Source: an uncultured delta proteobacterium (GTDB lineage Bacteria; Desulfobacterota; Syntrophia; Syntrophales; Smithellaceae). From it: a DNA stretch of 64,000 nucleotides. Position numbers and translations under genes: made by a program. The DNA lies in assembly GCA_963753975.1 (NCBI GenBank), contig CAVWEH010000005.1:160001-224000 (forward strand), in the 5' to 3' direction. The notes beneath the pieces are model-generated. The model was not told the DNA's origin and ran no database searches. It saw only the letters and a list, made by a program, of their open reading frames with translations. This document shows, piece after piece, positions 1-9,267 of this stretch. Each line of letters starts with the position of its first letter. Positions within the stretch are counted from its first letter, which is position 1.

Positions 1-3000
1 CGGCGGCGTGCGAAGTACCTCCCCCTCTTGCCGTCAAGAGCCCATCGACCTGCAAAAGCACGCCGACATCATCAGGAACGGTATCGCGACGAATCAAAAT
101 GAGCGGTGTTTTCGGCTCGGCTGAGCGAAAATGCTTAATGTCCGCTTCAGAGTAAACCGCCCTGCCGCAAAGAGCGCCACCGCTTACCCCTATACCTGTT
201 CCCAACACGGAAGACTGTAAAACCTCGGTATCTATAAAGCGCTTCAATCTTTTTGCCGTTATTTGATCCATATCCCGTGTTTGCAGGATATATAACCTGT
301 CCCTGCTTGTACCTTCAAAGGTAAATTCTATTTCCTGATGGTTAAGGCCTTTCTCATAAATCAAAATTTCAGAAATTTTTATCAGTTCATCGTAAATCTC
401 CGGAAATTTAGCTTCCAGAGATATTTCCATGTCTTTGCGTTCTGCTAAACGCTGTTTTTCCGAAATAGGATAAGTTTCCACCAGGCCGGAAACAATATCG
501 TCCCCCTGAACACCAAATATAAAATCTCCATAAATGGTCACCGCGGATGACGAGCTTTTAGGTTCGCGGGTAAAAATAACGCCCGATCCCGAGTGCTCAT
601 TGAGATTTCCAAAAACCATCGTCTGGACAATTACCGCTGTTCCCCATTTATCCGAAAGATGCATCTGGTGACGATAAATTTTCGCCTGCTCGGAATACCA
701 GGAGTCAAAAACTTTGAGAATAGCGTGCCGTAACTGTTCCAGGGGATCGTCTTTAAGCACGATACCACTATTTAATATGCCTTTCTTATACGTAAGAGCT
801 ATCTGTTTCATTTGACCGGGAGAAAACCGCAGCTTTCTTTCCACGCCGTATTTTTGCTTGAATCCGTCTATTATCGCATCGAAAAAATCCCGGTTTAATC
901 CCTGATACATACCCCATGTCTGCAAAAACCGCCGATATGAATCCCATGCCGCCCATTGAAAATCTTCTTTAGCGCTGAGATTTTCGGCAATCGTTTCGTT
1001 AATCCCAACATTTAAAAAAGAATTCATCATACCCGGCAGAGAAACAGTGGCACCGCTTCTTACCGATAACAGCAGAGGGTTGTGCGGATCACCGAATTTG
1101 CGCCCGGTCATTTTCTCTAATGTGGATATTTCTCTATTTATCCTGGCGGCAAGATCGTTAAATATATACTTATAGCCGATAACGGCATCATAACCTCTGA
1201 ATACTTCCGTGGTGATGATAAATCCGGGGGGCACATGAAAACCAAAAGATACCAGCTCTTTGAGGAAATATCCCTTGTTCCCGAGAAGGATCTGATTATC
1301 AACCCGTTTATTCTTCTTATAGAAGGAGGAAACAGCAAGTTCCGGATTATAGGACATGACCAGTTTAAGAATCTGTTTATTGTCTTTAAATCTTTCCAGC
1401 TCCTCATTAAGGGTATTGATGACCGCGTTAACGAAATTGTCCAACACTTGAAGACCGAAGGCGGAGGATATTATCCCTCTGATGAAATTTTCCGATTGTT
1501 GGTACACGGTTTCTTCATGATTTTGAATTTCGTCTTTTGTATCGGCCTCAGTTTTTTGCCGGGTAATTTGCCCGATAATAACAGGCAGGTTGGAGCTGTG
1601 AGCGTCTATGTAATAATCACGGATAATATCCTGTATGCCCTTGGCGATAAAGCGGAAGATATCGACATATTGTTCGATAGAAAACTGCTTGATGGCCAAG
1701 GCGCTGGTTACGTATTTGACTTTGGCCACCAAACCTTCCGTAGAAATTCCTTCCAACTCCAGAGCGCTGATATAGAGCCACAAATAGGCGTGAATCTTGA
1801 CGATGGTGCGTTTAGTAATGAATTTGAGGTTTAGCGACCGGGCCAGCTCCTCTAGAAGCATCGTGGCCAGGCTCTCCAAGCGGAGCGAAAGGCCGAGAGC
1901 GTCAAATTTCTCTTCATTGTAGGTCCCATACATCGACGGTATTCCTGCCGCAATGTGCCTTTTGTAATATATGTTTTCAAAAGGTTGGGTTTTTTGGCCA
2001 GAGAGAATCTTTTCCTTCAATACGGATAAAAATTTCATTATGATTGTAAGACTTTTGTAGTTATTTCTTGCGCCCAGAGCGCGTTTCAGCGCCATGATCT
2101 CGGATTTCTGGAAAGGATGAACCGATTCCAGGTCTTTCAATAAATCGACATACAGGGGAAAATATTTTTTATAAAGAAGCTGATAAATGCGGATCATGAG
2201 CCGGGTGCGCTCTTTATCTCTTTTATTAATGCCTTTGACATTATTGATCTCTTTTTGAACCTTTGCTTGATCCCATTCGATCAATTTCCGTGGATTATCC
2301 TGAGCCGGCGAAAGCAAATATTTAAAGGCTTTGTGCATTCCGTCAAAATATTCCCCGGAGTTTACTACTTGTTCAAACACCTCGTCAGGAAGATGTTTGC
2401 GGACAAATTCCTTTTCGCCGGAAAACCAGTATTGGAAAATGTTTTCCATAAATTCCACAAGGAGGCTGTTACTCTCTACGTGGGATTGTTTGCGCAGAAA
2501 GTTGATCAGTTTATCGTTACGGTAAGAAAGTTCGTCCACTTCGGTGGAAATGTCCCGCAATTCGCCTTCGGCGCCGATTTCGCTGAAATAAACAGGGAAT
2601 ATTCTGAGGAGCTGTTTTATCAGATTGTATGCCGAAGCTATATCGGAATTGAGCAGGGCGGAAATATCCTTTTGCAGGAGGTCTGTATCCCGCACAAAAA
2701 TTCCCCCGATATTTAGATTGATAATCAGGGCGGAAACGAGCTTCTTTGTCCAGCGGGGTTTCATCGCGATAATCTCGAGCCATGATCTTATGTTGACAAT
2801 ATGCGTCGGATTGACCTGCACCTGCCATTCGGTCGTCGTCCCTTTAACTTCCGGATATTGAAAACCGTAAGAAATAAGTTCGTCAATAAATGTATCCGCA
2901 AGGGAGTGAGAGTTTTGATCGAATACTTCCTTAGCCGTCGTCGTGATGCAATCGATAATGGAGCCCCGGTATTCATATTGCGATCTGCTCTTTTTCAGAA

Positions 3001-4042
3001 AGCCGAATACCTTGCGCACAAAATCGTTGAGGTTTTCCTTTTTTTCCTGCTGAAAGACTAATTTCAGACAACGGTTTATTTCTCGCAGAGCGCTGCCGTG
3101 GATATCGGAAAGACCGGGTACGCCCATGATACTGAACAGAAAGTCCAGTTTCACCAGATACTGGCGTCCCTGATAAGCCGGGAATTTCTCCAATTGATCG
3201 GCAACTAAAAAATATCCGTTTACTATTTGAAAGTAATCCGGCAAATCAAGGTAATCCTTCGTTTGCAGAGCGCCTTTCTTTTGTCTGTCCGGATGAAGAG
3301 TTTCCATCTTCGTAAGCAGCATCTGAATATGCCGGTGGCTCAGGGGCTCAATAATTTGCCTGTAAGCATCAGCCGCTTCCCCGGTTTCTCCCCCGCCTTT
3401 CGTATACCATCCGGAAGGATCAGGCTGGGTAAGCCAGAATTGGTATGTAATTTTGAACATCTTATAGAGTAAAAGATCGAATATTTCAGCGTGAAGAGGC
3501 GTGTCATTTTCTAGCAGGAACTTGACGGTTCTTTTGAGGTAAGCCGAGCATTTCTTGAATATGGCTGCATCCTCATCCGATATTCTGATCAGCGATTCTA
3601 TGATCTCGGAAAACAGGGCTAGGTTTCTGGAAATAAATTCGTTGCTTTGAGAAATTATCGTGTCAATATAATCGAAAAGATAGTGTATCGCGCTGTCTCT
3701 GATCTCATCGCTTGAAGAAAATTTAATAACATCGAAGTATATCTTAAGTAATATGGAAAGGGCGGATAGTCCGTCTTTATGCCTGTTGTACTCGTAGAAA
3801 TCGCCGATGGAAAGGGATTTCAGCTCCTGGAGAACATATTCCCAGTTAACGAAAGGATGGTTTAACTCTGTCAGCAGTTCCCGTGTTTTTTTCTGCAGGC
3901 CGTAATGCTCTTCTACAACTTTAAGCAGAGGGGCATACTGTTTGGGTATTTCTATGGCTACTGCCGTCCTCTCCAAATTCACCTTAAGAGCGGACGAAAC
4001 CCAGCCTTCATTTTTTTCAATGGTGCTATTTTTCGCCTTCAT
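1..4042 (-). CDS. Large pyruvate phosphate dikinase-like protein (PEP/pyruvate-binding domain plus His swivel domain), runs off the left edge; missing from the ORF track
   Basis: Segments translated by hand: start MKAKNSTIEKNEGW at 4042; NPLLLSVRSGATVSLPGMMNS (~1020-1080); GTAVIVQTMVFGN; phospho-His motif GLLTARGGGTSHAA at the window edge. Frame continuity not checked codon by codon. Confidence 0.85.
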   Translation of the reverse strand, partial: MKAKNSTIEKNEGWVSSALKVNLERTAVAIEIPKQYAPLLKVVEEHYGLQKKTRELLTELNHPFVNWEYVLQELKSLSIGDFYEYNRHKDGLSALSILLKIYFDVIKFSSSDEIRDSAIHYLFDYIDTIISQSNEFISRNLALFSEIIESLIRISDEDAAIFKKCSAYLKRTVKFLLENDTPLHAEIFDLLLYKMFKITYQFWLTQPDPSGWYTKGGGETGEAADAYRQIIEPLSHRHIQMLLTKMETLHPDRQKKGALQTKDYLDLPDYFQIVNGYFLVADQLEKFPAYQGRQYLVKLDFLFSIMGVPGLSDIHGSALREINRCLKLVFQQEKKENLNDFVRKVFGFLKKSRSQYEYRGSIIDCITTTAKEVFDQNSHSLADTFIDELISYGFQYPEVKGTTTEWQVQVNPTHIVNIRSWLEIIAMKPRWTKKLVSALIINLNIGGIFVRDTDLLQKDISALLNSDIASAYNLIKQLLRIFPVYFSEIGAEGELRDISTEVDELSYRNDKLINFLRKQSHVESNSLLVEFMENIFQYWFSGEKEFVRKHLPDEVFEQVVNSGEYFDGMHKAFKYLLSPAQDNPRKLIEWDQAKVQKEINNVKGINKRDKERTRLMIRIYQLLYKKYFPLYVDLLKDLESVHPFQKSEIMALKRALGARNNYKSLTIIMKFLSVLKEKILSGQKTQPFENIYYKRHIAAGIPSMYGTYNEEKFDALGLSLRLESLATMLLEELARSLNLKFITKRTIVKIHAYLWLYISALELEGISTEGLVAKVKYVTSALAIKQFSIEQYVDIFRFIAKGIQDIIRDYYIDAHSSNLPVIIGQITRQKTEADTKDEIQNHEETVYQQSENFIRGIISSAFGLQVLDNFVNAVINTLNEELERFKDNKQILKLVMSYNPELAVSSFYKKNKRVDNQILLGNKGYFLKELVSFGFHVPPGFIITTEVFRGYDAVIGYKYIFNDLAARINREISTLEKMTGRKFGDPHNPLLLSVRSGATVSLPGMMNSFLNVGINETIAENLSAKEDFQWAAWDSYRRFLQTWGMYQGLNRDFFDAIIDGFKQKYGVERKLRFSPGQMKQIALTYKKGILNSGIVLKDDPLEQLRHAILKVFDSWYSEQAKIYRHQMHLSDKWGTAVIVQTMVFGNLNEHSGSGVIFTREPKSSSSAVTIYGDFIFGVQGDDIVSGLVETYPISEKQRLAERKDMEISLEAKFPEIYDELIKISEILIYEKGLNHQEIEFTFEGTSRDRLYILQTRDMDQITAKRLKRFIDTEVLQSSVLGTGIGVSGGALCGRAVYSEADIKHFRSAEPKTPLILIRRDTVPDDVGVLLQVDGLLTARGGGTSHAA

Positions 4043-4232
4043 GCGGAAATCAATCCTCTAAATGATATTAATCAGAATTCTTACAACATTTCAAGCCCAG
4101 AACTCATCTAGCGACATAGCATTAGAAACATCGTCCGTTTATTCCCTGAACAAATCCGGTAACGGCATTGAGTATCTAGATAAGATTCCTGCTAATTATT
4201 TTATCCAAAATTTAATTTCTGCAAATTTTTTA

Positions 4233-4268
4233 TTGACAAATGCAAATATAGTTGTATCATACAACTAT
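4233..4268 (+). promoter_or_regulatory. sigma70 promoter (TTGACA-16-TATCAT) overlapped by a perfect 10-1-10 inverted repeat; likely MarR operator
   Basis: TTGACA 4233-4238, TATCAT 4255-4260, ATAGTTGTAT-C-ATACAACTAT 4248-4268 overlapping the ATG at 4267. Confidence 0.75.
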
Positions 4269-4746
4269 GACCAAAGAGATAAATGTAAATTATACTCAAT
4301 TAATGGAATTATTCACCGGCCTTTCCCAGGTGACCCGCTGCTGCCGTCAGGATGAGGCTTTTTGCGAAGACGTGACGTTTCACCAGTTTATGATATTGGA
4401 CGCAGTGGCAAAGCACAAAGAACTGAATATGTCCGACTTGCACAAGCATCTTTCCGTCGAAAAAAGTACGACCACCAGACTAGTCACCCCCTTGATTAAA
4501 AAAGGTCTTTTACAACGTGATCAGGCCCCACACGATTCCCGAGCAGTGACGCTTACTTTGACAAAGGAAGGCAGAGATGTCCACAAAAAAGTCTCGTTGT
4601 GTCTGAGTGATTTTTTCCGCAAGGTTATGGGCAATATTCCGGAGAAAAAAGCGGATGTTGTTTTGGAATCCGTTAAGACTTTTATTACGGCTATAAAAAA
4701 TTATGCACGAGAATGCAGTTGCTGCAAATCACGCGGGTTAGGTTAG
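4267..4746 (+). CDS. MarR-family transcriptional regulator with Cys clusters
   Basis: wHTH signature LSVEKSTTTRLVTPLIKKGLLQR...DSRAVTLTLTKEG; RCC-x6-C near the N-terminus and CSCC at the C-terminus. Confidence 0.9.
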   Translation: MTKEINVNYTQLMELFTGLSQVTRCCRQDEAFCEDVTFHQFMILDAVAKHKELNMSDLHKHLSVEKSTTTRLVTPLIKKGLLQRDQAPHDSRAVTLTLTKEGRDVHKKVSLCLSDFFRKVMGNIPEKKADVVLESVKTFITAIKNYARECSCCKSRGLG

Positions 4747-4750
4747 CGCT

Positions 4751-5905
4751 ATGGACAAAATTGAAAATAGTTCCCGAGATATGATTACACTGCCGGTAAT
4801 TATGCCGGAGTCAACATGTTGTGTCACCGCACAAACGGCTCAGTATCCTCTTCCTCGCTTGAATCAAGCTTTTATCACCGGTTCTATCTCCACAGCTGCA
4901 GGCAACCTGCCCAGAGTATCTTCAACCTTGAGTTGGCAGGATCATTGGAGAAGCATTAAAGCCCGCTGGGGAGTCGACAGAATGGATTATGCTGTTGACC
5001 CCGGTCTTTATGCTCTTGGTAATCCCGATAGCAATTCCCCTGTTTTAGTTACCGCCAATTACAAAATGAGTTTTGACCGCTTGCGGGAAGCTCTGCCGGG
5101 CAGAAATACATGGATTCTGGTGCTGGACACAAAAGGAATAAACGTCTGGTGCGCCGCGGGAAAAGGTACATTCGGTACGGACGAATTAATCAAAAAAATA
5201 GAATCAAGCAGACTGAAAGATATTGTCAGCCACAGAAAATTAATTATTCCTCAGTTGGGAGCGCCCGGAGTAGCCGCTCACAAAATAAAACAGGTCTCCG
5301 GATTTAAAGTCTATTACGGTCCGATACGGGCAGCCGACGTGCCAGCTTATCTTGATGCCGGACTTATTGCCAGCTCTGAAATGCGGATAATGACATTCCC
5401 CTTAAGAGAAAGAGTCGTCCTGATTCCCATCGAGCTTATAGAAACGATAAAACCTTTTTTAATCATCGCGCCCATTTTGTTTTTACTTGGCGGTATAGGA
5501 GGCCACTCGGGCTTCTGGGTAAACACATTGAATTATGGTTTGTTTGCCGTTTTAGCATTTTTAAGCGCTATTTTGGGAGGAGTTGTTATAAATCCACTTC
5601 TTCTGCCTTATCTTCCCGGGCGCGCGTTTTCCATAAAAGGTTTTTCCATTGGTGTAGTTATCGCCCTTATTCTTCTTTACTTACGCGATATTAATTTACA
5701 GGCATGGCCTGGCAGAATCGAGGCTTTGGCCTGGCTAATGATAATTCCAGCCATATCTGCATACCTGGCAATGAATTTTACCGGAGCCTCAACTTACACT
5801 TCTCTCTCCGGTGTCAAGAAAGAAATGCGCTGGGCATTGCCGCTGGAAATAGCCGCGAGTGCTTGCGGCCTCTTAATATGGATAACATCACGCATAATTG
5901 CCTAG
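4751..5905 (+). CDS. hgcA: Mercury methylation corrinoid protein HgcA
   Basis: Cap-helix motif GINVWCAAGKGTFGT, PVLVTANYKMSFD, C-terminal TM helices ending YLAMNFTGASTYTSLSGVKKEM; ferredoxin gene immediately downstream. Confidence 0.97.
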   Translation: MDKIENSSRDMITLPVIMPESTCCVTAQTAQYPLPRLNQAFITGSISTAAGNLPRVSSTLSWQDHWRSIKARWGVDRMDYAVDPGLYALGNPDSNSPVLVTANYKMSFDRLREALPGRNTWILVLDTKGINVWCAAGKGTFGTDELIKKIESSRLKDIVSHRKLIIPQLGAPGVAAHKIKQVSGFKVYYGPIRAADVPAYLDAGLIASSEMRIMTFPLRERVVLIPIELIETIKPFLIIAPILFLLGGIGGHSGFWVNTLNYGLFAVLAFLSAILGGVVINPLLLPYLPGRAFSIKGFSIGVVIALILLYLRDINLQAWPGRIEALAWLMIIPAISAYLAMNFTGASTYTSLSGVKKEMRWALPLEIAASACGLLIWITSRIIA

Positions 5906-5915
5906 GAATTTAAAA

Positions 5916-6246
5916 ATGAAAAATTCGCTTTACCTGAAAAATGTCGTTACCCTGAAGCTTAATGAAGATAAATGTACCGGCTGTGGCATGTGTCTGGACT
6001 GTTTGTCCTCATAAAGTTTTTAAAATGAATGAAAAGCACGTGATCATTCAAAACCGAGACGCCTGTATGGAATGCGGCGCGTGCAGTAAAAATTGTCCGG
6101 CTGATGCTATTTTCGTCCAATCCGGTGTCGGCTGTGCTGCCGCCGTTATCAATTCCCTGCTGGGGCGTAGCAGCGGTGAGTGTTGCTGCGGCACTGAACC
6201 CGTGGGCGCGACAACCGATAAACGCAGCGGATGTTGTTGCGGATAA
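5916..6246 (+). pseudogene. hgcB: Mercury methylation ferredoxin HgcB with a +1 frameshift near 5996-6000 (real lesion or sequence error)
   Basis: Frame from 5916 reads MKNSLYLKNVVTLKLNEDKCTGCGMCLD then stops at 6012-6014; the next frame continues VCPHKVF...CMECGACSKNCP...GCCCG*. Confidence 0.9.
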
Positions 6247-6279
6247 AATATTTCATGAAATCCTGAATTAAGTTCTCTT

Positions 6280-6999
6280 ATGCAAAAATATTGGGGATAC
6301 GTAATAATTTGGCTTTCGTATATTTTAAGCGGCTCATCGTTGATCGCCTTTGCTGTTTTTCTTTATGCCGGGCGTTTAGATTTGTCCAATCTAGGATTAA
6401 ATGAACATCAGGCGCTTTTGTTTAATGCCGGACTTTCGCTCGCCTTTTTCATTCAGCACAGTGGAATGGTTCGTCGATCATTCCGACAATTTCTATTCCG
6501 GTTTTCGCCGGAAGCATATAACGGCGCCATCTATTCAATCACTTCCGGAATTTTTCTGTTCTTAGTGGTCATTTTCTGGCAGGGAACATCTGTTTTGTTC
6601 GAAGCCGAAGGTATAACCCGCTTCCTCTTGCGTGTAGTTTTTATTTTTTCTATTGCCGGATTTGTCTGGGGAATCAAGGCGCTGGGCTTTTTTGATCCTT
6701 TTGGTATAGAAGCGGTATTAAATCACTGGCCGGACAGAAACCCTCAGCCGGCAGCTTTCACGGTGCGAGGCCCTTACCGCTGGGCACGGCATCCCTTATA
6801 TTTATTTGTATTGGTGATGATTTGGTCATGTCCGCAACTGACTGCGGACAGATTGCTTTTTAATATTTTCTGGTCGGCATGGATTTTTTTCGGCACCCTG
6901 CTGGAAGAACGCGATTTGGTCGAACAATTCGGTGATGCCTATCGAGACTATCAGCAGAAGGTGCCAATGCTTTTTCCGTTTAAATTCATCAAGAAATAA
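6280..6999 (+). CDS. ICMT/NnrU-family membrane methyltransferase resembling methanethiol S-methyltransferase MddA
   Basis: Multi-TM protein with FFIQHSGMVRR, GPYRWARHPLY, LEERDL, YRDYQQKVPM motifs. Confidence 0.75.
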   Translation: MQKYWGYVIIWLSYILSGSSLIAFAVFLYAGRLDLSNLGLNEHQALLFNAGLSLAFFIQHSGMVRRSFRQFLFRFSPEAYNGAIYSITSGIFLFLVVIFWQGTSVLFEAEGITRFLLRVVFIFSIAGFVWGIKALGFFDPFGIEAVLNHWPDRNPQPAAFTVRGPYRWARHPLYLFVLVMIWSCPQLTADRLLFNIFWSAWIFFGTLLEERDLVEQFGDAYRDYQQKVPMLFPFKFIKK

Positions 7000-7008
7000 T
7001 CGCCGAAC

Positions 7009-7284
7009 TCAAATGAATGAAACATTATGAGTCACGGATGTAACCAGAAAACAGCGTTCGATGTTCGACTTTGTATCTACCGGCACAACGAAGAATCCCG
7101 GGTGGTTCGGATGGTGGCCATGAGCCGTGCCGACCATTAATTCCCCGTCTTTGAAGACTACCTTGAGCTCGGTCGTACGTAATTCCAACGCTTTGCTGCC
7201 GGGCGCGACATTTGCAGGAAGCAGATGAAAGAGATCCTTGTCGGGGAAGAAGTCGTTAGCGATACACTTCATCATTGACACCAT
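7009..7284 (-). CDS. Small hypothetical protein, possibly truncated
   Basis: ORF with KVVFKDGELMVG...GFFVVPVDTKSNIERCFLV, similar to a deltaproteobacterial domain of unknown function. Confidence 0.45.
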   Translation of the reverse strand: MVSMMKCIANDFFPDKDLFHLLPANVAPGSKALELRTTELKVVFKDGELMVGTAHGHHPNHPGFFVVPVDTKSNIERCFLVTSVTHNVSFI

Positions 7285-7343
7285 CGTTTCATTGCCACCT
7301 GCCGCCTAATTCTTTTTCCTGTATCAATATCACAAAAGCTTTT

Positions 7344-8150
7344 TTATTCTTTCGGGGTCATGCAGTTATTGCGTCCCCAACGCTTCGCCGGGTCCTGACG
7401 GTAATATTCTTTAAGCACCCGATAAAGGTCGGGGGCGTGTTTGATCATTAAATGGGGCTGGTCGAAGAACTGCTCGGTGGCCACGGCAAAAAATTCGGCT
7501 TCGCTTGCCGCGCCGTAGGCATTGAGGAAGGATTTTTTACCTCTTTCGGCGTCATGTTTCAGGCGAAGATATTCCCGGGAACATGTTTGTACCCAGTCCC
7601 GGTATTCAGCCCGGTCTCGCAGTGGCGGTGTGCCGTCAGCGGCACCATCCAGCATATCCAGTTTATGGGCAAATTCGTGATAGACAACGTTATGGCCTAA
7701 TTCCGGATGACGGCCGCCATGCAGCGCCGCATCCCAGATGATAATGACAGGCCCTTGTTGAAAAGCTTGCCCGATAATAGGATGGACACCCTCTACGGGT
7801 GCAAGCGGCGTTTCAAAAAAACCAGGTTTACGCCGGGGCGGTACCACTGTAGAAGGATAGACAATGATAGTGAGAACATTTTGATAGTAGTTGTGGGGCA
7901 AGTTCAAAAGCAACAGACATGCCTGCGCGGAAATGGTGACAAGGATTTCATCAGTAAGTGTAAGCCCGCCCGCGCCTTCCCAGAACTTTTCGGCAATAAA
8001 AACCTGGATAAGAGCTTGAAGATGGGCACGTTCGTCATCATTCAACATACAGTAATGGGTAACATTACGCCGAACGATTTCTTCCCAGGCGGGAGGAAAT
8101 GGGACTTGCGTAAGCTTCTTGCGGTGGTGGTCGGTGAGCCAGCGGAACAT
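7344..8150 (-). CDS. Zinc-dependent peptidase, M90/MtfA family
   Basis: NVVYHEFAHKLDMLDGAADGTP and YGAASEAEFFAVATEQFF. Confidence 0.9.
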   Translation of the reverse strand: MFRWLTDHHRKKLTQVPFPPAWEEIVRRNVTHYCMLNDDERAHLQALIQVFIAEKFWEGAGGLTLTDEILVTISAQACLLLLNLPHNYYQNVLTIIVYPSTVVPPRRKPGFFETPLAPVEGVHPIIGQAFQQGPVIIIWDAALHGGRHPELGHNVVYHEFAHKLDMLDGAADGTPPLRDRAEYRDWVQTCSREYLRLKHDAERGKKSFLNAYGAASEAEFFAVATEQFFDQPHLMIKHAPDLYRVLKEYYRQDPAKRWGRNNCMTPKE

Positions 8151-8168
8151 CGAGATTCCTTCTATCGT

Positions 8169-8561
8169 TTATTTTCGTTCCACGAATTCTACAATATTGC
8201 CATCCGGATCCTTGACCATTGCAATGCGCACACCGGGCCGGATCTCTTTTTCCGGCACTGTAAATTCTATGCCTCTTTTTTGGAGATCATCGCATAGCTC
8301 AGAGAGATTCTCTATTACAAAGGTCACATAACGAAACCCGATTTGCTTTTCTAAACCAATGGCTCCGCGGGGAGGAAGCGCCTTTGGTTCAACCAATTTG
8401 AAGTCGCTTGTACCGAATCTAAGCCGGTGCATTGTGCCAAACCATAGAGGAGTTGTACCAACAAACGTAAGCCCCAAAATATTTCGATAGAAATTGAGAC
8501 TGGCCTTGATATCACTGACAATCACGCCGACATCCAGAGAATTCTTTGCTGATTTCATCAT
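8169..8561 (-). CDS. VOC/glyoxalase family protein (copy 1)
   Basis: VGVIVSDIKASLNFY...LG and KDPDGNIVEF motifs. Confidence 0.88.
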   Translation of the reverse strand: MMKSAKNSLDVGVIVSDIKASLNFYRNILGLTFVGTTPLWFGTMHRLRFGTSDFKLVEPKALPPRGAIGLEKQIGFRYVTFVIENLSELCDDLQKRGIEFTVPEKEIRPGVRIAMVKDPDGNIVEFVERK

Positions 8562-8570
8562 TTTGTTTTA

Positions 8571-9090
8571 TTGTGAACCCCCAATTCTAATGAATCTCAG
8601 ATATTATCCCGTTACGGGCTGTCGCGTTTTGGAAAATAGCCTTCGGCTCCTTCCGGAGGTGCTCCATAAACGTAGTGAGTCCCAGATTTTAGAAGCGAAG
8701 CGTACTGAAATCTGTTGGACGAACTATCCCGTAAAGCGGTGGCAGTGCAGTAATATCTGCAAGTTGTAATGAGACCCAAGTTTCAGAAATGTAATGCACT
8801 GAAACTTGTTGGTCGAATTATACCGCATAACTGCGGCAAATTATCCCACGTGCGAAGCTAAGTGGGACTATATTAATGAGACCCGAGCTTCAGAAACAGA
8901 GTGCATAACCTAGAGGTCACGTCACCGCTGAAATTTACCGGCCGAATACAGTGCCCGTGCATGCCATGACGTAACATGACATGCAGACAAATAAAAACAA
9001 TCAAGTACCTTTAGTATCGAAGCTCTCTGGTGCTCTTAGCCAGAGGCTTCAATTATCCTGCATTAGCAAGGGTAACATACCCGTGGGTCC
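8571..9090 (+). repeat. Cluster of 54-nt hairpin repeat units (family A) plus ATCCCG...TACCCGTGG modules
   Basis: Units at 8673-8726, 8767-8820 and ~8874-8949, plus partial units near 8571-8620. Confidence 0.85.
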
Positions 9091-9267
9091 TTTCTGATTA
9101 TCACTGTTGCGAATGTAGCATAAAAAGGTGAAATAGAAAAATGAGGATTTTAAAAAATTCTGGCCGACTTCCTCTTGACAAAAAGTTTAAACCATTTTTA
9201 AATGCAATTGGTATGGTTATTCATTACTTTGCCTTATGGAAGAACTTCCACTCACCGGAGATATAAC

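Noticed and set aside
1235..4111. Plus-strand ORFs in the track (1235-1834, 2255-2716 and others)
   Set aside because: Antisense shadows of the long minus-strand PPDK-like gene
5140..5170. Selenocysteine variant of the HgcA cap helix
   Set aside because: The codon is TGC (Cys)
5985..6014. Programmed frameshifting in hgcB
   Set aside because: No slippery sequence or stimulatory structure recognised; a simple insertion explains it
8767..8820. Resemblance to a eukaryotic SECIS (AUGA...AA loop...GA)
   Set aside because: Bacterial context, both orientations, and no association with in-frame UGA genes
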